The notes beneath the pieces are model-generated. The model had not been told where the DNA came from. It worked only from the letters and a program-made list of their open reading frames with translations, and ran no database searches. 64,000 bases of DNA from an uncultured Muribaculaceae bacterium (lineage in GTDB: Bacteria > Bacillota_I > Bacilli_A > RF39 > UBA660). Of this stretch, positions 26,162 to 35,473 are shown piece by piece (within the stretch, counting starts at the first letter, position 1; every line of letters starts with the position of its first letter). The stretch spans positions 32-64,031 of the forward strand of contig CAZRJK010000008.1 of assembly GCA_964600615.1 (NCBI GenBank). The letters run 5' to 3'. A program made the position numbers and the translations under genes.

Positions 26162-27790
26162 ATGACTGATATAGAAATTCAAAATAGATGTAATAAATTA
26201 GATATTGTTAATGTTGCTAAGAAAATTAATATTTCTGATAATATAGAATTATTTGGTAATGATAAAGCTAAAATTAGATTTAATGAGATTAATGGTAATA
26301 ATAATGGCAAATTAATACTTGTTACTTCTATTAATCCTACTCCTTATGGTGAAGGTAAGACTACTGTTAGTATAGGATTAAATGATGGATTAAATAAGAT
26401 TGGTAAGAGGAGTATAGCAGTGTTAAGAGAACCTTCTTTAGGTCCTGTGTTTGGTGTTAAAGGAGGAGCTACTGGTGGAGGTTATTCACAGGTAATGCCT
26501 ATGGAAGATATTAATCTTCATTTTACTGGAGATTTACACGCTATTACTAGTGCGAATGATTTAATTAGTGCGGCTATAGATAATCATATTTATTATGGTA
26601 ATAATTTAGATATAGATATTAATAATATTTGTTTTAGAAGATGTTTAGATGTTAATGATAGGGCATTAAGAAATGTTAATCTTGGTAATAGAGAAGAGCA
26701 TTTTAATATTACTGCTGCTTGTGAAGTAATGAGTGTTTTATGTTTAAGTAATGATTTAATGGATTTAAAGAAGAGACTTGGTAATATATTAATTGCTTAT
26801 AATACTAAGAGTGAACCTATATATGCCTCTGATTTGAAATTAGAAGGAGCTCTTTCTGTATTACTTAAGGATGCTATTAAACCTAATTTGGTTCAATCTT
26901 TAGAAAATAATCCTGTTATTATTCATGGTGGTCCTTTTGCAAATATAGCACATGGATGTAATAGTATTATTGCTACTAAATTAGGATTGAAGATAGCAGA
27001 TTATGTTGTTACAGAAGCTGGTTTTGGTTCTGATTTAGGGGCTTCTAAATTTTTTGATATTAAGTGTAGATATGCTAATATAAAACCTAATTGTGTTGTT
27101 ATAGTGGCTACTACTAAGGCATTAAAATATAATGCTGGTGTATCTAAAGAAGATATATTAAAACCTAATGTTAAGGCTATAGAAAGTGGGATATGTAATT
27201 TAGATGCTCATATTGATAATATGTTAAATTATACTAATAATATAATTGTTACTTTAAATAAGTATGATACTGATACTGAAGAAGAAATTAATTATATTCG
27301 TGACTATGTTTTAAAGAAAAATATATTATTTGAAGTAAATGATTCATATTTATTAGGTGGTGAAGGATCTATTGATCTTGCTAAGAAAGTAGTAGAAGTA
27401 TGTGATAGAGATATTGATTTTAAATTATTATATGATGAATCATTAGATATAAAAGAAAAAATAGATATTGTTTGTAAGAAAGTATTTCATGCTAGTAAGA
27501 TTAATTATACTGATGAAGTTAATAAGAAAATAGAAATGATTAATGGTATTGGTAAGGATAAATTACCTATATGTGTTGCTAAAACTCAGTATTCTTTATC
27601 TGATGATCCTAAGAAATTAGGATATCCTAAGGATTATGAAGTAACTGTTAAAGATATAAATGTTTATACGGGAGCAGGTTTTATTGTTGTATATTTAGGT
27701 GATATTATGACAATGCCTGGATTATCTAGACATTCTAATTATGAAAATATTGATATAGATAATAACTACAATATAAAAGGAATATTCTAA
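26162..27790 (+). CDS. fhs: Formate--tetrahydrofolate ligase
   Basis: NPTPYGEGKTT P-loop-like motif; FTHFS length and pattern. ATG 26162 is preferred over the track start. Confidence 0.93.
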   Translation: MTDIEIQNRCNKLDIVNVAKKINISDNIELFGNDKAKIRFNEINGNNNGKLILVTSINPTPYGEGKTTVSIGLNDGLNKIGKRSIAVLREPSLGPVFGVKGGATGGGYSQVMPMEDINLHFTGDLHAITSANDLISAAIDNHIYYGNNLDIDINNICFRRCLDVNDRALRNVNLGNREEHFNITAACEVMSVLCLSNDLMDLKKRLGNILIAYNTKSEPIYASDLKLEGALSVLLKDAIKPNLVQSLENNPVIIHGGPFANIAHGCNSIIATKLGLKIADYVVTEAGFGSDLGASKFFDIKCRYANIKPNCVVIVATTKALKYNAGVSKEDILKPNVKAIESGICNLDAHIDNMLNYTNNIIVTLNKYDTDTEEEINYIRDYVLKKNILFEVNDSYLLGGEGSIDLAKKVVEVCDRDIDFKLLYDESLDIKEKIDIVCKKVFHASKINYTDEVNKKIEMINGIGKDKLPICVAKTQYSLSDDPKKLGYPKDYEVTVKDINVYTGAGFIVVYLGDIMTMPGLSRHSNYENIDIDNNYNIKGIF

Positions 27791-28866
27791 TGTATATATA
27801 CATTCATATTCCTTTTTGTTCTTCTATATGTTCTTATTGTGATTTTCCTAAGGTGTTATATTGTAGTAAGTATATTAATAAATATTTAGATTGTTTAGAA
27901 AAAGAAATAAATGATAGATATAAGGGTGAATTAGTTAAATCTATTTATGTAGGTGGTGGTACTCCTACTAGTTTAAGTTATAAAGAATTAGAGAGATTAT
28001 TTAAGATAATTAATATTTTTAATACTGGTAAAAATATTGAATATACAATTGAATCTAATGTAGAGAGTTTAGATATAGATAAGATTAAATTATTAAAAAA
28101 ATATAATATTAATAGGGTTAGTTTAGGAGTACAATCTTTTGATAATGGTATTTTAAAAGAATTAAATAGACATCATACTAAAGATGATGTTTTTAGAGTT
28201 GTTAATGATTTAAAGAGTAATAATATTATTAATATTAATATTGATTTAATATATGGGGTTAATAATAATATAGATATTATTAAGAAAGATATAGATTATT
28301 ATTTAGAGTTAAATATTCCTCATATATCTTGCTATAGTTTAATTATAGAAGATAATACTATGTTTGGTATTAATAAGAGAGATTATATAGATAGTAATAT
28401 AGATTATGAAATATATAAATATATTGAAGATAAATTAACTAGTAATGATTATATTCATTATGAAGTTAGTAATTATTGTAAGGAAGGATATCAATCTATT
28501 CATAATTTAAATTATTGGGATAATGGATATTATTATGGATTTGGTATGGGTAGTGTTAGTTATATAGATAATTATAGAATTAGTAATACTAAGAATTTAT
28601 CTAAATATTTAGATAATAAATATGTAGATAGTAATATTTATGAGGATATAGATACTAGAATATCTAATACTTTAATACTTGGATTAAGAAAAGTTAAGGG
28701 TATTAATATATTAGATTTTAAGAAAAAATATAATAGAGATATAATAGATTTATATAATATTAAAGAATTAATTGATGATAATAAATTAATATTAGATAAT
28801 AATTATTTATATATTAATCCTAAATATTTTTATTTATCTAATGAAATATTAATTAATTTTATTTAA
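27790..28866 (+). CDS. hemW: Radical SAM heme chaperone HemW (oxygen-independent coproporphyrinogen oxidase-like)
   Basis: HIPFCSSICSYCDF CxxxCxxC motif and GGGTP motif. Confidence 0.88.
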   Translation: MYIYIHIPFCSSICSYCDFPKVLYCSKYINKYLDCLEKEINDRYKGELVKSIYVGGGTPTSLSYKELERLFKIINIFNTGKNIEYTIESNVESLDIDKIKLLKKYNINRVSLGVQSFDNGILKELNRHHTKDDVFRVVNDLKSNNIININIDLIYGVNNNIDIIKKDIDYYLELNIPHISCYSLIIEDNTMFGINKRDYIDSNIDYEIYKYIEDKLTSNDYIHYEVSNYCKEGYQSIHNLNYWDNGYYYGFGMGSVSYIDNYRISNTKNLSKYLDNKYVDSNIYEDIDTRISNTLILGLRKVKGINILDFKKKYNRDIIDLYNIKELIDDNKLILDNNYLYINPKYFYLSNEILINFI

Positions 28867-28902
28867 TTTATGGTATAATTTATATTTGAGAGGTGAGATA
28901 TT

Positions 28903-30552
28903 ATGACTAATAAAGATTTAGCTGAATTAATATTTCCAGATATTAAAAAGAGTATAGATGATTTGAGAAAAGAGTATCCTAAGAGAGATTTGAAAGAGGG
29001 AGCTTTAGTTACAAGGTTTGCTCCATCACCTACAGGATTTGTTCATATAGGTAATTTTCAACAGGCTGTTACTGATTATATTTTAGCGCGTGGTTCTAAT
29101 GGTGTTTTTATATTACGAAATGAAGATACTGATGGAAAGAGAGAAAAAGAAGGTGCTTATGAGTTAATAATGGAGACTCTTAAGAATTATGATATGATGC
29201 CTGATGAATATCAAGATGGAGATAAGATTGTTGGAGATTATGGCCCTTACAAACAAAGTGAGAGACGTAAAATATATCAAACTTTTATTAAACATTTAAT
29301 TGAGATAGATAGAGCTTATCCTTGTTTTTGTAGTAAAGAAAAATTAGATGAGGTTAGGGAAAGACAAGAGAGGTATAAACAAAGAACTGGTTATTATGGT
29401 CCATATTCTACTTGTAGAAAATTATCTATTGATGAAGCTTATGAGAGAATTAAAAATGGAGAAGATTATATAATTAGATTTAAATCTAAAGGTAATTTTG
29501 ATGAAAAATTTAGATTTGATGATTTAGTCAAGGGAAGATTATTACTTCCTTATAATGATGAGGATTTAATTATTATGAAAGCTGATGGACTTCCAACATA
29601 TCATTTTGCTCATGTTGTTGATGATTATTTAATGGGGACTACTCATGTTGTTAGAGGTGAAGAGTGGTTAAGTTCTGTACCCAAACATATTGAGATGTTT
29701 AATGCTTTTGGTTTTGAACCACCTAAGTATATTCATGCTCCTTTAATTATGAAGAAGGATGAAGAAACTGGCAAATTAAGGAAAATTAGTAAGAGAAAAG
29801 ATCCTGAGGCTATTATGACTTATTATAGTGAACATGGTTATCCTACACTTGCTATTATAGAGTCTTTGATGACTATTATTAATACTAATTATGAGGAATG
29901 GCATACTCAGAATCCGGGATTGAGTTATTTAGAGTTTGTATATGATCCTAAGAAGATGAGTGCTTCTGGTGGTTTATATGATTTGGATAAGTTGATTAAT
30001 ATATCTAAGACTATTATATCTCGTATGACTAAGGAAGAGCTATGTGATAAGGCTTATAATTGGGCTTGTACTTATAGTTCTGAATTAAAAGAATTAATTG
30101 ATAGAGATAAAGAATATTTTATGGATATTATTAATATTGAGAGGGAACAAAAGAAACCTCGTAAAGATATAGCTAAATATGAGGATATTATTTCTAATAT
30201 TTGGTTTATGTATGATGATTTATATGAAGAAAAAGATAAAGAATTTGATTGGCAAAGTATTAATGATAAGGAAGAGATTAAAAAGATATTAGATACATAT
30301 ATGGATAAATACTTTAATATAGATGATAAGGATAGTTGGTTTAATGGAGTTAGAGAATTAACTATCGAATTAGGATATTGTGCTAATATGAAGGAATATA
30401 AGGAAGATCCTTCTAAGTATAAGGGTAGTGTAGCAGATATTTCTACTGTACTTAGAGTAGCTTTAACTAGTAAATCTATGACTCCTGATTTATATGAGAT
30501 TATGAGATTATTAGGTAAAGAAAGAATAGAAAAAAGATATAAGAATATTTAG
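28903..30552 (+). CDS. gltX: Glutamate--tRNA ligase (long form)
   Basis: RFAPSPTGFVHIGN (HIGH) and KISKRK (KMSKS) class I motifs. Discrimination between GluRS and GlnRS was not verified. Confidence 0.85.
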   Translation: MTNKDLAELIFPDIKKSIDDLRKEYPKRDLKEGALVTRFAPSPTGFVHIGNFQQAVTDYILARGSNGVFILRNEDTDGKREKEGAYELIMETLKNYDMMPDEYQDGDKIVGDYGPYKQSERRKIYQTFIKHLIEIDRAYPCFCSKEKLDEVRERQERYKQRTGYYGPYSTCRKLSIDEAYERIKNGEDYIIRFKSKGNFDEKFRFDDLVKGRLLLPYNDEDLIIMKADGLPTYHFAHVVDDYLMGTTHVVRGEEWLSSVPKHIEMFNAFGFEPPKYIHAPLIMKKDEETGKLRKISKRKDPEAIMTYYSEHGYPTLAIIESLMTIINTNYEEWHTQNPGLSYLEFVYDPKKMSASGGLYDLDKLINISKTIISRMTKEELCDKAYNWACTYSSELKELIDRDKEYFMDIINIEREQKKPRKDIAKYEDIISNIWFMYDDLYEEKDKEFDWQSINDKEEIKKILDTYMDKYFNIDDKDSWFNGVRELTIELGYCANMKEYKEDPSKYKGSVADISTVLRVALTSKSMTPDLYEIMRLLGKERIEKRYKNI

Positions 30553-30560
30553 GAGGTATT

Positions 30561-31673
30561 ATGAAAAAGAATATACCTATTACTTTACTTACAGGATATT
30601 TAGGTAGTGGTAAGACTACTTTAATTAATCATATTTTAAAGAATAATAATGATAAAAAGATTGCTATTATAGTTAATGATATTGGCACTGTTAATATAGA
30701 TGCTTCTTTAATTGAAAAAGATGGTATTGTTTCTAAGAAAGATGAATCTTTAGTAGCTTTATCTAATGGATGTATTTGTTGTAATCTTAAGATGGATTTA
30801 GTAGAACAAATATTTGAAATTATTAAGCAAGATAAATTTGATCATATAATAATAGAAGCTAGTGGAATATGTGAACCTATTCCTATCGCGCAGACTATTT
30901 CGATGATTAACGAGATGTATAATATGAATTTGTGTTATATTGATAGTATTGTTACTGTTACGGATGCTTTAAGACTTGCTTCGGAATTTAATTGTGGAGA
31001 ATATTTAATTAAAGATGATATTAAGGATGATGATTTAGAAAAGTTAATTATTGAACAATTAGAGTTTTGTAATATAATTATTTTAAATAAAGTTAGTGAA
31101 TTAGATGATGATTCTCGTAATGAGGTTAAGGGTATTATTAGGGAGATACAACCTAAGGCTAAATTAATTGAAGCTAATTATGCAGAAGTTGATGTTGATG
31201 AAATATTAGATACACATTTGTTTGATTTTGGAGAAGCTTCTATGTCTGCAGGATGGATTAAAGCTTTAGATAATGTAGAAGAGGAAGAAGATTCTTCTGA
31301 AGTATTAGAATATGGAATAGAAACTTTTGTATATTATAGAAGGAAACCTTTTGATAGAAGTAAGTTTTATAATTTTTTAGATAGTATATGGGATAAATCT
31401 ATTATTAGGACTAAAGGGGTAGTTTATTTTAGTGATGAAGTAAATATGGCTTATATGTTTGAATCTGCAGGTAATAGTAAGAATTTAGTACCTACTGGTC
31501 CTTGGATATCTGATTTAAGTAAAGAAGAACAACAATCTATTATTATAGCTAATCCTGATATTATGGATGAATGGGATCCAGAGTATGGTGATAAGATGAT
31601 TAAGATTGTTATTATTGGTAAAAATATTGATAAGGAAAATCTTATTAATAAATTAGATAGTTTTATGATATAA
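30561..31673 (+). CDS. COG0523-family GTPase metallochaperone (CobW/ZigA/YciC-like)
   Basis: P-loop GYLGSGKTT, GCICCN (CxCC) metal motif, and a CobW C-terminal domain. Confidence 0.85.
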   Translation: MKKNIPITLLTGYLGSGKTTLINHILKNNNDKKIAIIVNDIGTVNIDASLIEKDGIVSKKDESLVALSNGCICCNLKMDLVEQIFEIIKQDKFDHIIIEASGICEPIPIAQTISMINEMYNMNLCYIDSIVTVTDALRLASEFNCGEYLIKDDIKDDDLEKLIIEQLEFCNIIILNKVSELDDDSRNEVKGIIREIQPKAKLIEANYAEVDVDEILDTHLFDFGEASMSAGWIKALDNVEEEEDSSEVLEYGIETFVYYRRKPFDRSKFYNFLDSIWDKSIIRTKGVVYFSDEVNMAYMFESAGNSKNLVPTGPWISDLSKEEQQSIIIANPDIMDEWDPEYGDKMIKIVIIGKNIDKENLINKLDSFMI

Positions 31674-31696
31674 TTAAATGGATTAATCCATTTAAT

Positions 31697-31773
<77 letters not shown>

Positions 31774-31782
31774 TAAAAAAAT

Positions 31783-31807
31783 AAATGACTTATTTAATAA
31801 GTCATTT
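31783..31807. terminator. Bidirectional terminator between the tRNA and the convergent sigma factor gene
   Basis: Perfect 11-bp stem aaatgacttat / ataagtcattt, loop tta, flanked by A and T runs. Confidence 0.8.
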
Positions 31808-31809
31808 TT

Positions 31810-33024
31810 TTATTTTATATAATTTTTTAGTTCTTTTATACTTTTATTATTTCTTGCTTGGTTTTTTATTTTTCTTAAAGCTTTTTTTTCTATTGCGTTT
31901 ATTCTTTGGTGACTAATATTATATATTTTACTAATTTCTTTAGTAGTGTATTGCTTGTTATTCTCAGTTCCTATACCAAATCTTAATTTTAGTATATTGA
32001 TTTCTCTTTCTGATAAATAATCAAAGACTATTTTTATTTCGTCCTTTAATTCATTTTTTATTATATAATCTTCTATATTAGTATTTTTATCTTCTATAAA
32101 ATCTTCTAGAGTAGTATTTTCTCCTGGTTCATTTTTTTCTTTTATATTTGCGTTTAGTGATAGAGTTTTATTATATTGTAAATATTTTGTTATTGTATTA
32201 TAATTCATATTAAATATTTGAATTAGTTCTAATGCAGTATATTTTTTGTTGTTTTCTTTTTCTAATTGTTCTACTTGTTTTCTAAATTTTTTAATATTAT
32301 ATATTTCATTTTGGTTGACTGTTATATTATCATTATATTTATATGTATATACTGTTATTGCTTGTCTTATCCAGTGAGTGGCATAAGTAGAAAATTTGTA
32401 TCCTTTTTTTATATCAAATTTTTCTATTGCACGCATTAATGCTATATTTCCTTCATTTATTAAATCCATAATATCATTTTCTTTAGTTTTATATTTTTTG
32501 GCTATATATACTACTAATTTAAGATTGGCATTAATTAATTCTTTTCTAGCATTTAGATATTCTAAATATAGTTTAAGGTTTTCAAGTAATAATTTTTTTT
32601 CTATTATTGGTTCATCTTCATAATTAATTTTATATTTATCTATTAATACTTTTTTATCATCATTGTTTTCAATATTTAGAATGTATTCATTTATATTTAT
32701 TTTTGTTTGATAATTTAAGGCATTTTTTACTAATTTTATTAATTCTTTATCGTTTCTATATGTAATTAAATTCTTTGTTAGTAATGGTATATTTAGTGGT
32801 TTTATATTTTGTCCTTTTAAGGCTATTATACAGTCATTACTTTTTAATATTGTTTTAGCTAATTCTTGTTCTTCTTCTATTGTTAATAAAGGTATTGGTT
32901 TTATTTCTGCTATGTATGATTTAAAATTATCTTTAATAAAATCATTATCTTCTTTTATATTATTTGAGAAGTATTCTATTATTTCTTCTTTTTTTATTTC
33001 TTCTTCTAGTATTTCTTGTTTCAT
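31810..33024 (-). CDS. Sigma-70 family sigma factor, RpoD-like architecture with a divergent region 2.4-3 and an insertion between regions 1.2 and 2
   Basis: DLINEGNIALMRAIEKFDIKKGYKFSTYATHWIRQAIT (region 2); region 4 ISKIYNISHQRINAIEKKALRKIK. Confidence 0.85.
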   Translation of the reverse strand: MKQEILEEEIKKEEIIEYFSNNIKEDNDFIKDNFKSYIAEIKPIPLLTIEEEQELAKTILKSNDCIIALKGQNIKPLNIPLLTKNLITYRNDKELIKLVKNALNYQTKININEYILNIENNDDKKVLIDKYKINYEDEPIIEKKLLLENLKLYLEYLNARKELINANLKLVVYIAKKYKTKENDIMDLINEGNIALMRAIEKFDIKKGYKFSTYATHWIRQAITVYTYKYNDNITVNQNEIYNIKKFRKQVEQLEKENNKKYTALELIQIFNMNYNTITKYLQYNKTLSLNANIKEKNEPGENTTLEDFIEDKNTNIEDYIIKNELKDEIKIVFDYLSEREINILKLRFGIGTENNKQYTTKEISKIYNISHQRINAIEKKALRKIKNQARNNKSIKELKNYIK

Positions 33025-33164
33025 AGTTTTCCCCCTTTAAACGTTTTAATATTTTAACATATATGTAACAATTTTGCAAGTGGTGTATTATTTTGACCTT
33101 TATGTTGTAAGTTTGTTTAAACTATGGTATACTAATCAATGGTAATATGGTAGGAGGTATGTAT

Positions 33165-34142
33165 ATGTTTTGTCCTAAATGTGGTGAGCATAATGCTGAG
33201 GGGTCTGGTTTTTGTACTAAGTGTGGCAATAATCTTAGTAATGTTTTAAATAATGAATCTGTTCAAAATGTAGATTCTACTAATTTGGCAACTGATAATG
33301 ATAATTCTAGTGTTAGTAGTGAACCTATACAAAGTAATGTTAATCATGATATGAATGATAACAAGAAATCTAATCTTATACCAATTATTGTTATAGTTTT
33401 AGTTGTTGCTGCTGGTATTTTTTTTGGTATTAGTAAATTAGTGAAAAAAGATAATTCTAGTACTAACAGTGATATGAAGCAAAATACTAGTAGTGAGGTT
33501 GATACTAATGTAGATAATGATAGTTCTAATAGTAATCAATCTACTATTGATGGTTCTACTGATACGACTTATGATAAAAATGGTGACTTTTTAATGTCTG
33601 TTGAGGATGTTTTTTCTATTTCTGGAAAAGGAACTGTTGCTACTGGTAGAGTTTTGAGGGGAACTGTTAAGGTTGGCGATAAGGTTCAAGTTATTGGGCT
33701 TGATCATGAAATTATAACTACTGAAGTTGTAGATATACAAGCTTTTAGGCAATCTATGGAATATGCGGATGCTGGTAATGATGCTGGTTTATATTTGAAA
33801 GATGTTGAAAGAGATGATGTTGTAAGAGGGCAAGTTCTTGCTAAACCTAATTCGATTAAAGCTTATAAAAAGTTTGATGCAGATATATATTTTTATTCTA
33901 CTAAGGAAGGTGGTAGGGCTACAGCATTTTTTGCTAATTATAGACCACAATTTTGTTTTAGAACGGCTGTGATTGCTGGTGGCATTACTTTACCTAGTGG
34001 TGTTGAAATGGTAAATCCTGGAACTAATATAAAATTAACAGTAGAATTAGAAGTTGATGTTGCTATGGAAGTTGGAGATATATTTGATGTTAGAGATACT
34101 GGTAGAACCGCTGGCAAAGGTACTGTTACAAAGATATATTAA
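33165..34142 (+). CDS. Zinc-ribbon + single TM + EF-Tu domain II/III protein (no GTPase domain)
   Basis: N-terminal CPKCG...CTKCG, [20 protein letters not shown], and an S/N/D-rich linker. The C-terminal ~185 aa are collinear with EF-Tu domains II-III ([22 protein letters not shown]...RGQVLAKP...YRPQFCFRT...[12 protein letters not shown]). Start is at ATG 33165, 7 nt after AGGAGG. Confidence 0.85.
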   Translation: [325 protein letters not shown]

Positions 34143-34148
34143 ATTTTT

Positions 34149-34178
34149 AGATAAGTATTGATTTACTTATCTTTTTTG
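34149..34178 (+). terminator. Rho-independent terminator
   Basis: agataagta / tacttatct 9-bp stem followed by a T run. Confidence 0.75.
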
Positions 34179-34210
34179 TTGTATAATTTTATTGGAATAG
34201 GAGGTATCTT

Positions 34211-35398
34211 ATGAGATGTGTAGGTACTGTTGTTAGGGGTATTAGAACTCCTATAGTTAAAGAGGGGGATGATTTAGCTTCTATTGTTGTTGATTCAGTT
34301 ATGAAAGCTAAAGAGAGTGAAGGGTTTGAATTTAGGGATAGAGATATAGTTGCTATTACGGAAGCTGTAGTTGGTATTAGTGAGGGTAATTATGTTACGG
34401 TTGATGATATTGCTACTGATTTAAAGAATAAATTTCCTAGTGGTGATATTGGAGTAGTTTTTCCAATATTAAGTCGTAATAGATTTTCTATGATATTAAA
34501 GGGAATTGCTAGGGGAATGAAGAAAGTTACTATGTTATTATCTTTTCCTTCTGATGAGGTTGGTAATGGTATCTTAGATGAGGACAAATTACGTAGTAGT
34601 AAGTTTAATTTATCTAGTGTTATTAGTGAAGATGAGTATAAGGAATATTTTGGAGATTATTTACATCCTTTTACTGGTATAAATATGGTTGATTTTTATA
34701 GAGAATTAATTAAAAATGAGGATTGTGAAGTAGAATTTGTATTTGCTAATGATCCTACAGTTATTCTTAATTATACTAAGGATGTTCTTAGTTGTGATAT
34801 TCATACTAGATTACATACTAAGAGTGTCTTAGAAGAAGCAGGAGCTAATAGTGTATATGGTTTATATGAAGTAATGACTGAGAGTATTAATGGTAGTGGA
34901 TGTAATCCTAGTTATGGACTTTTGGGTTCTAATAAATCTACTGAAGAGAGATTAAAATTATTTCCTAAGACTGGTGATAAGTTAGTTTTAGATATTCAAA
35001 ATAGATTAAAGGAAGCTACTGGTAAGACTATTGAGGTTATGGTATATGGTGATGGAGCGTTTAAGGATCCTGTTGGTCATATTTGGGAGCTTGCTGATCC
35101 TGTTGTAAGTCCTGCTCATACTAGTGGATTAGATGGTACTCCTAATGAAATAAAATTAAAATATGTTTCTGATAATAAGTTTGCTGATTTATCTGGTGAT
35201 GAGTTAAAAGAAGCTATTAAGGATGAAATTAGAAATAAAGATGCTGATTTAAAAGGAAAGATGATTACACAAGGAACTACTCCTAGAAGACTTACTGATT
35301 TGATTGGTTCTTTATGTGATTTAACTAGTGGTAGTGGAGATAAGGGAACACCAGTAGTATTTATTCAAGGATATTTTGATAATTTAGCTGATGATTAA
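34211..35398 (+). CDS. CofE-like (F420-0:gamma-glutamyl ligase family) protein
   Basis: The N-terminal RTPIVKEGDDLASIV and DRDIVAITEAVVGISEG parallel the CofE pattern (PLIK.GDDLAELI / GD.LVV..T..SKAEGR). Confidence 0.6.
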   Translation: MRCVGTVVRGIRTPIVKEGDDLASIVVDSVMKAKESEGFEFRDRDIVAITEAVVGISEGNYVTVDDIATDLKNKFPSGDIGVVFPILSRNRFSMILKGIARGMKKVTMLLSFPSDEVGNGILDEDKLRSSKFNLSSVISEDEYKEYFGDYLHPFTGINMVDFYRELIKNEDCEVEFVFANDPTVILNYTKDVLSCDIHTRLHTKSVLEEAGANSVYGLYEVMTESINGSGCNPSYGLLGSNKSTEERLKLFPKTGDKLVLDIQNRLKEATGKTIEVMVYGDGAFKDPVGHIWELADPVVSPAHTSGLDGTPNEIKLKYVSDNKFADLSGDELKEAIKDEIRNKDADLKGKMITQGTTPRRLTDLIGSLCDLTSGSGDKGTPVVFIQGYFDNLADD

Positions 35399-35422
35399 AA
35401 GAGAGGTTCTCTCTTTTTTTCT
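35398..35422 (+). terminator. Rho-independent terminator
   Basis: aagagag-gtt-ctctctt followed by a T run. Confidence 0.65.
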
Positions 35423-35473
35423 TGTTTTATTTTATTTGTGATGGTATAATTTATTTAGATATGAGGGATATAG

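Noticed and set aside
33165-34142. Reading this gene as the organism's tuf
   Set aside because: - It has no G1-G5 GTPase motifs at all.
- It has a zinc ribbon and a TM helix instead.
- It is a paralogous fragment architecture, not the translation factor.
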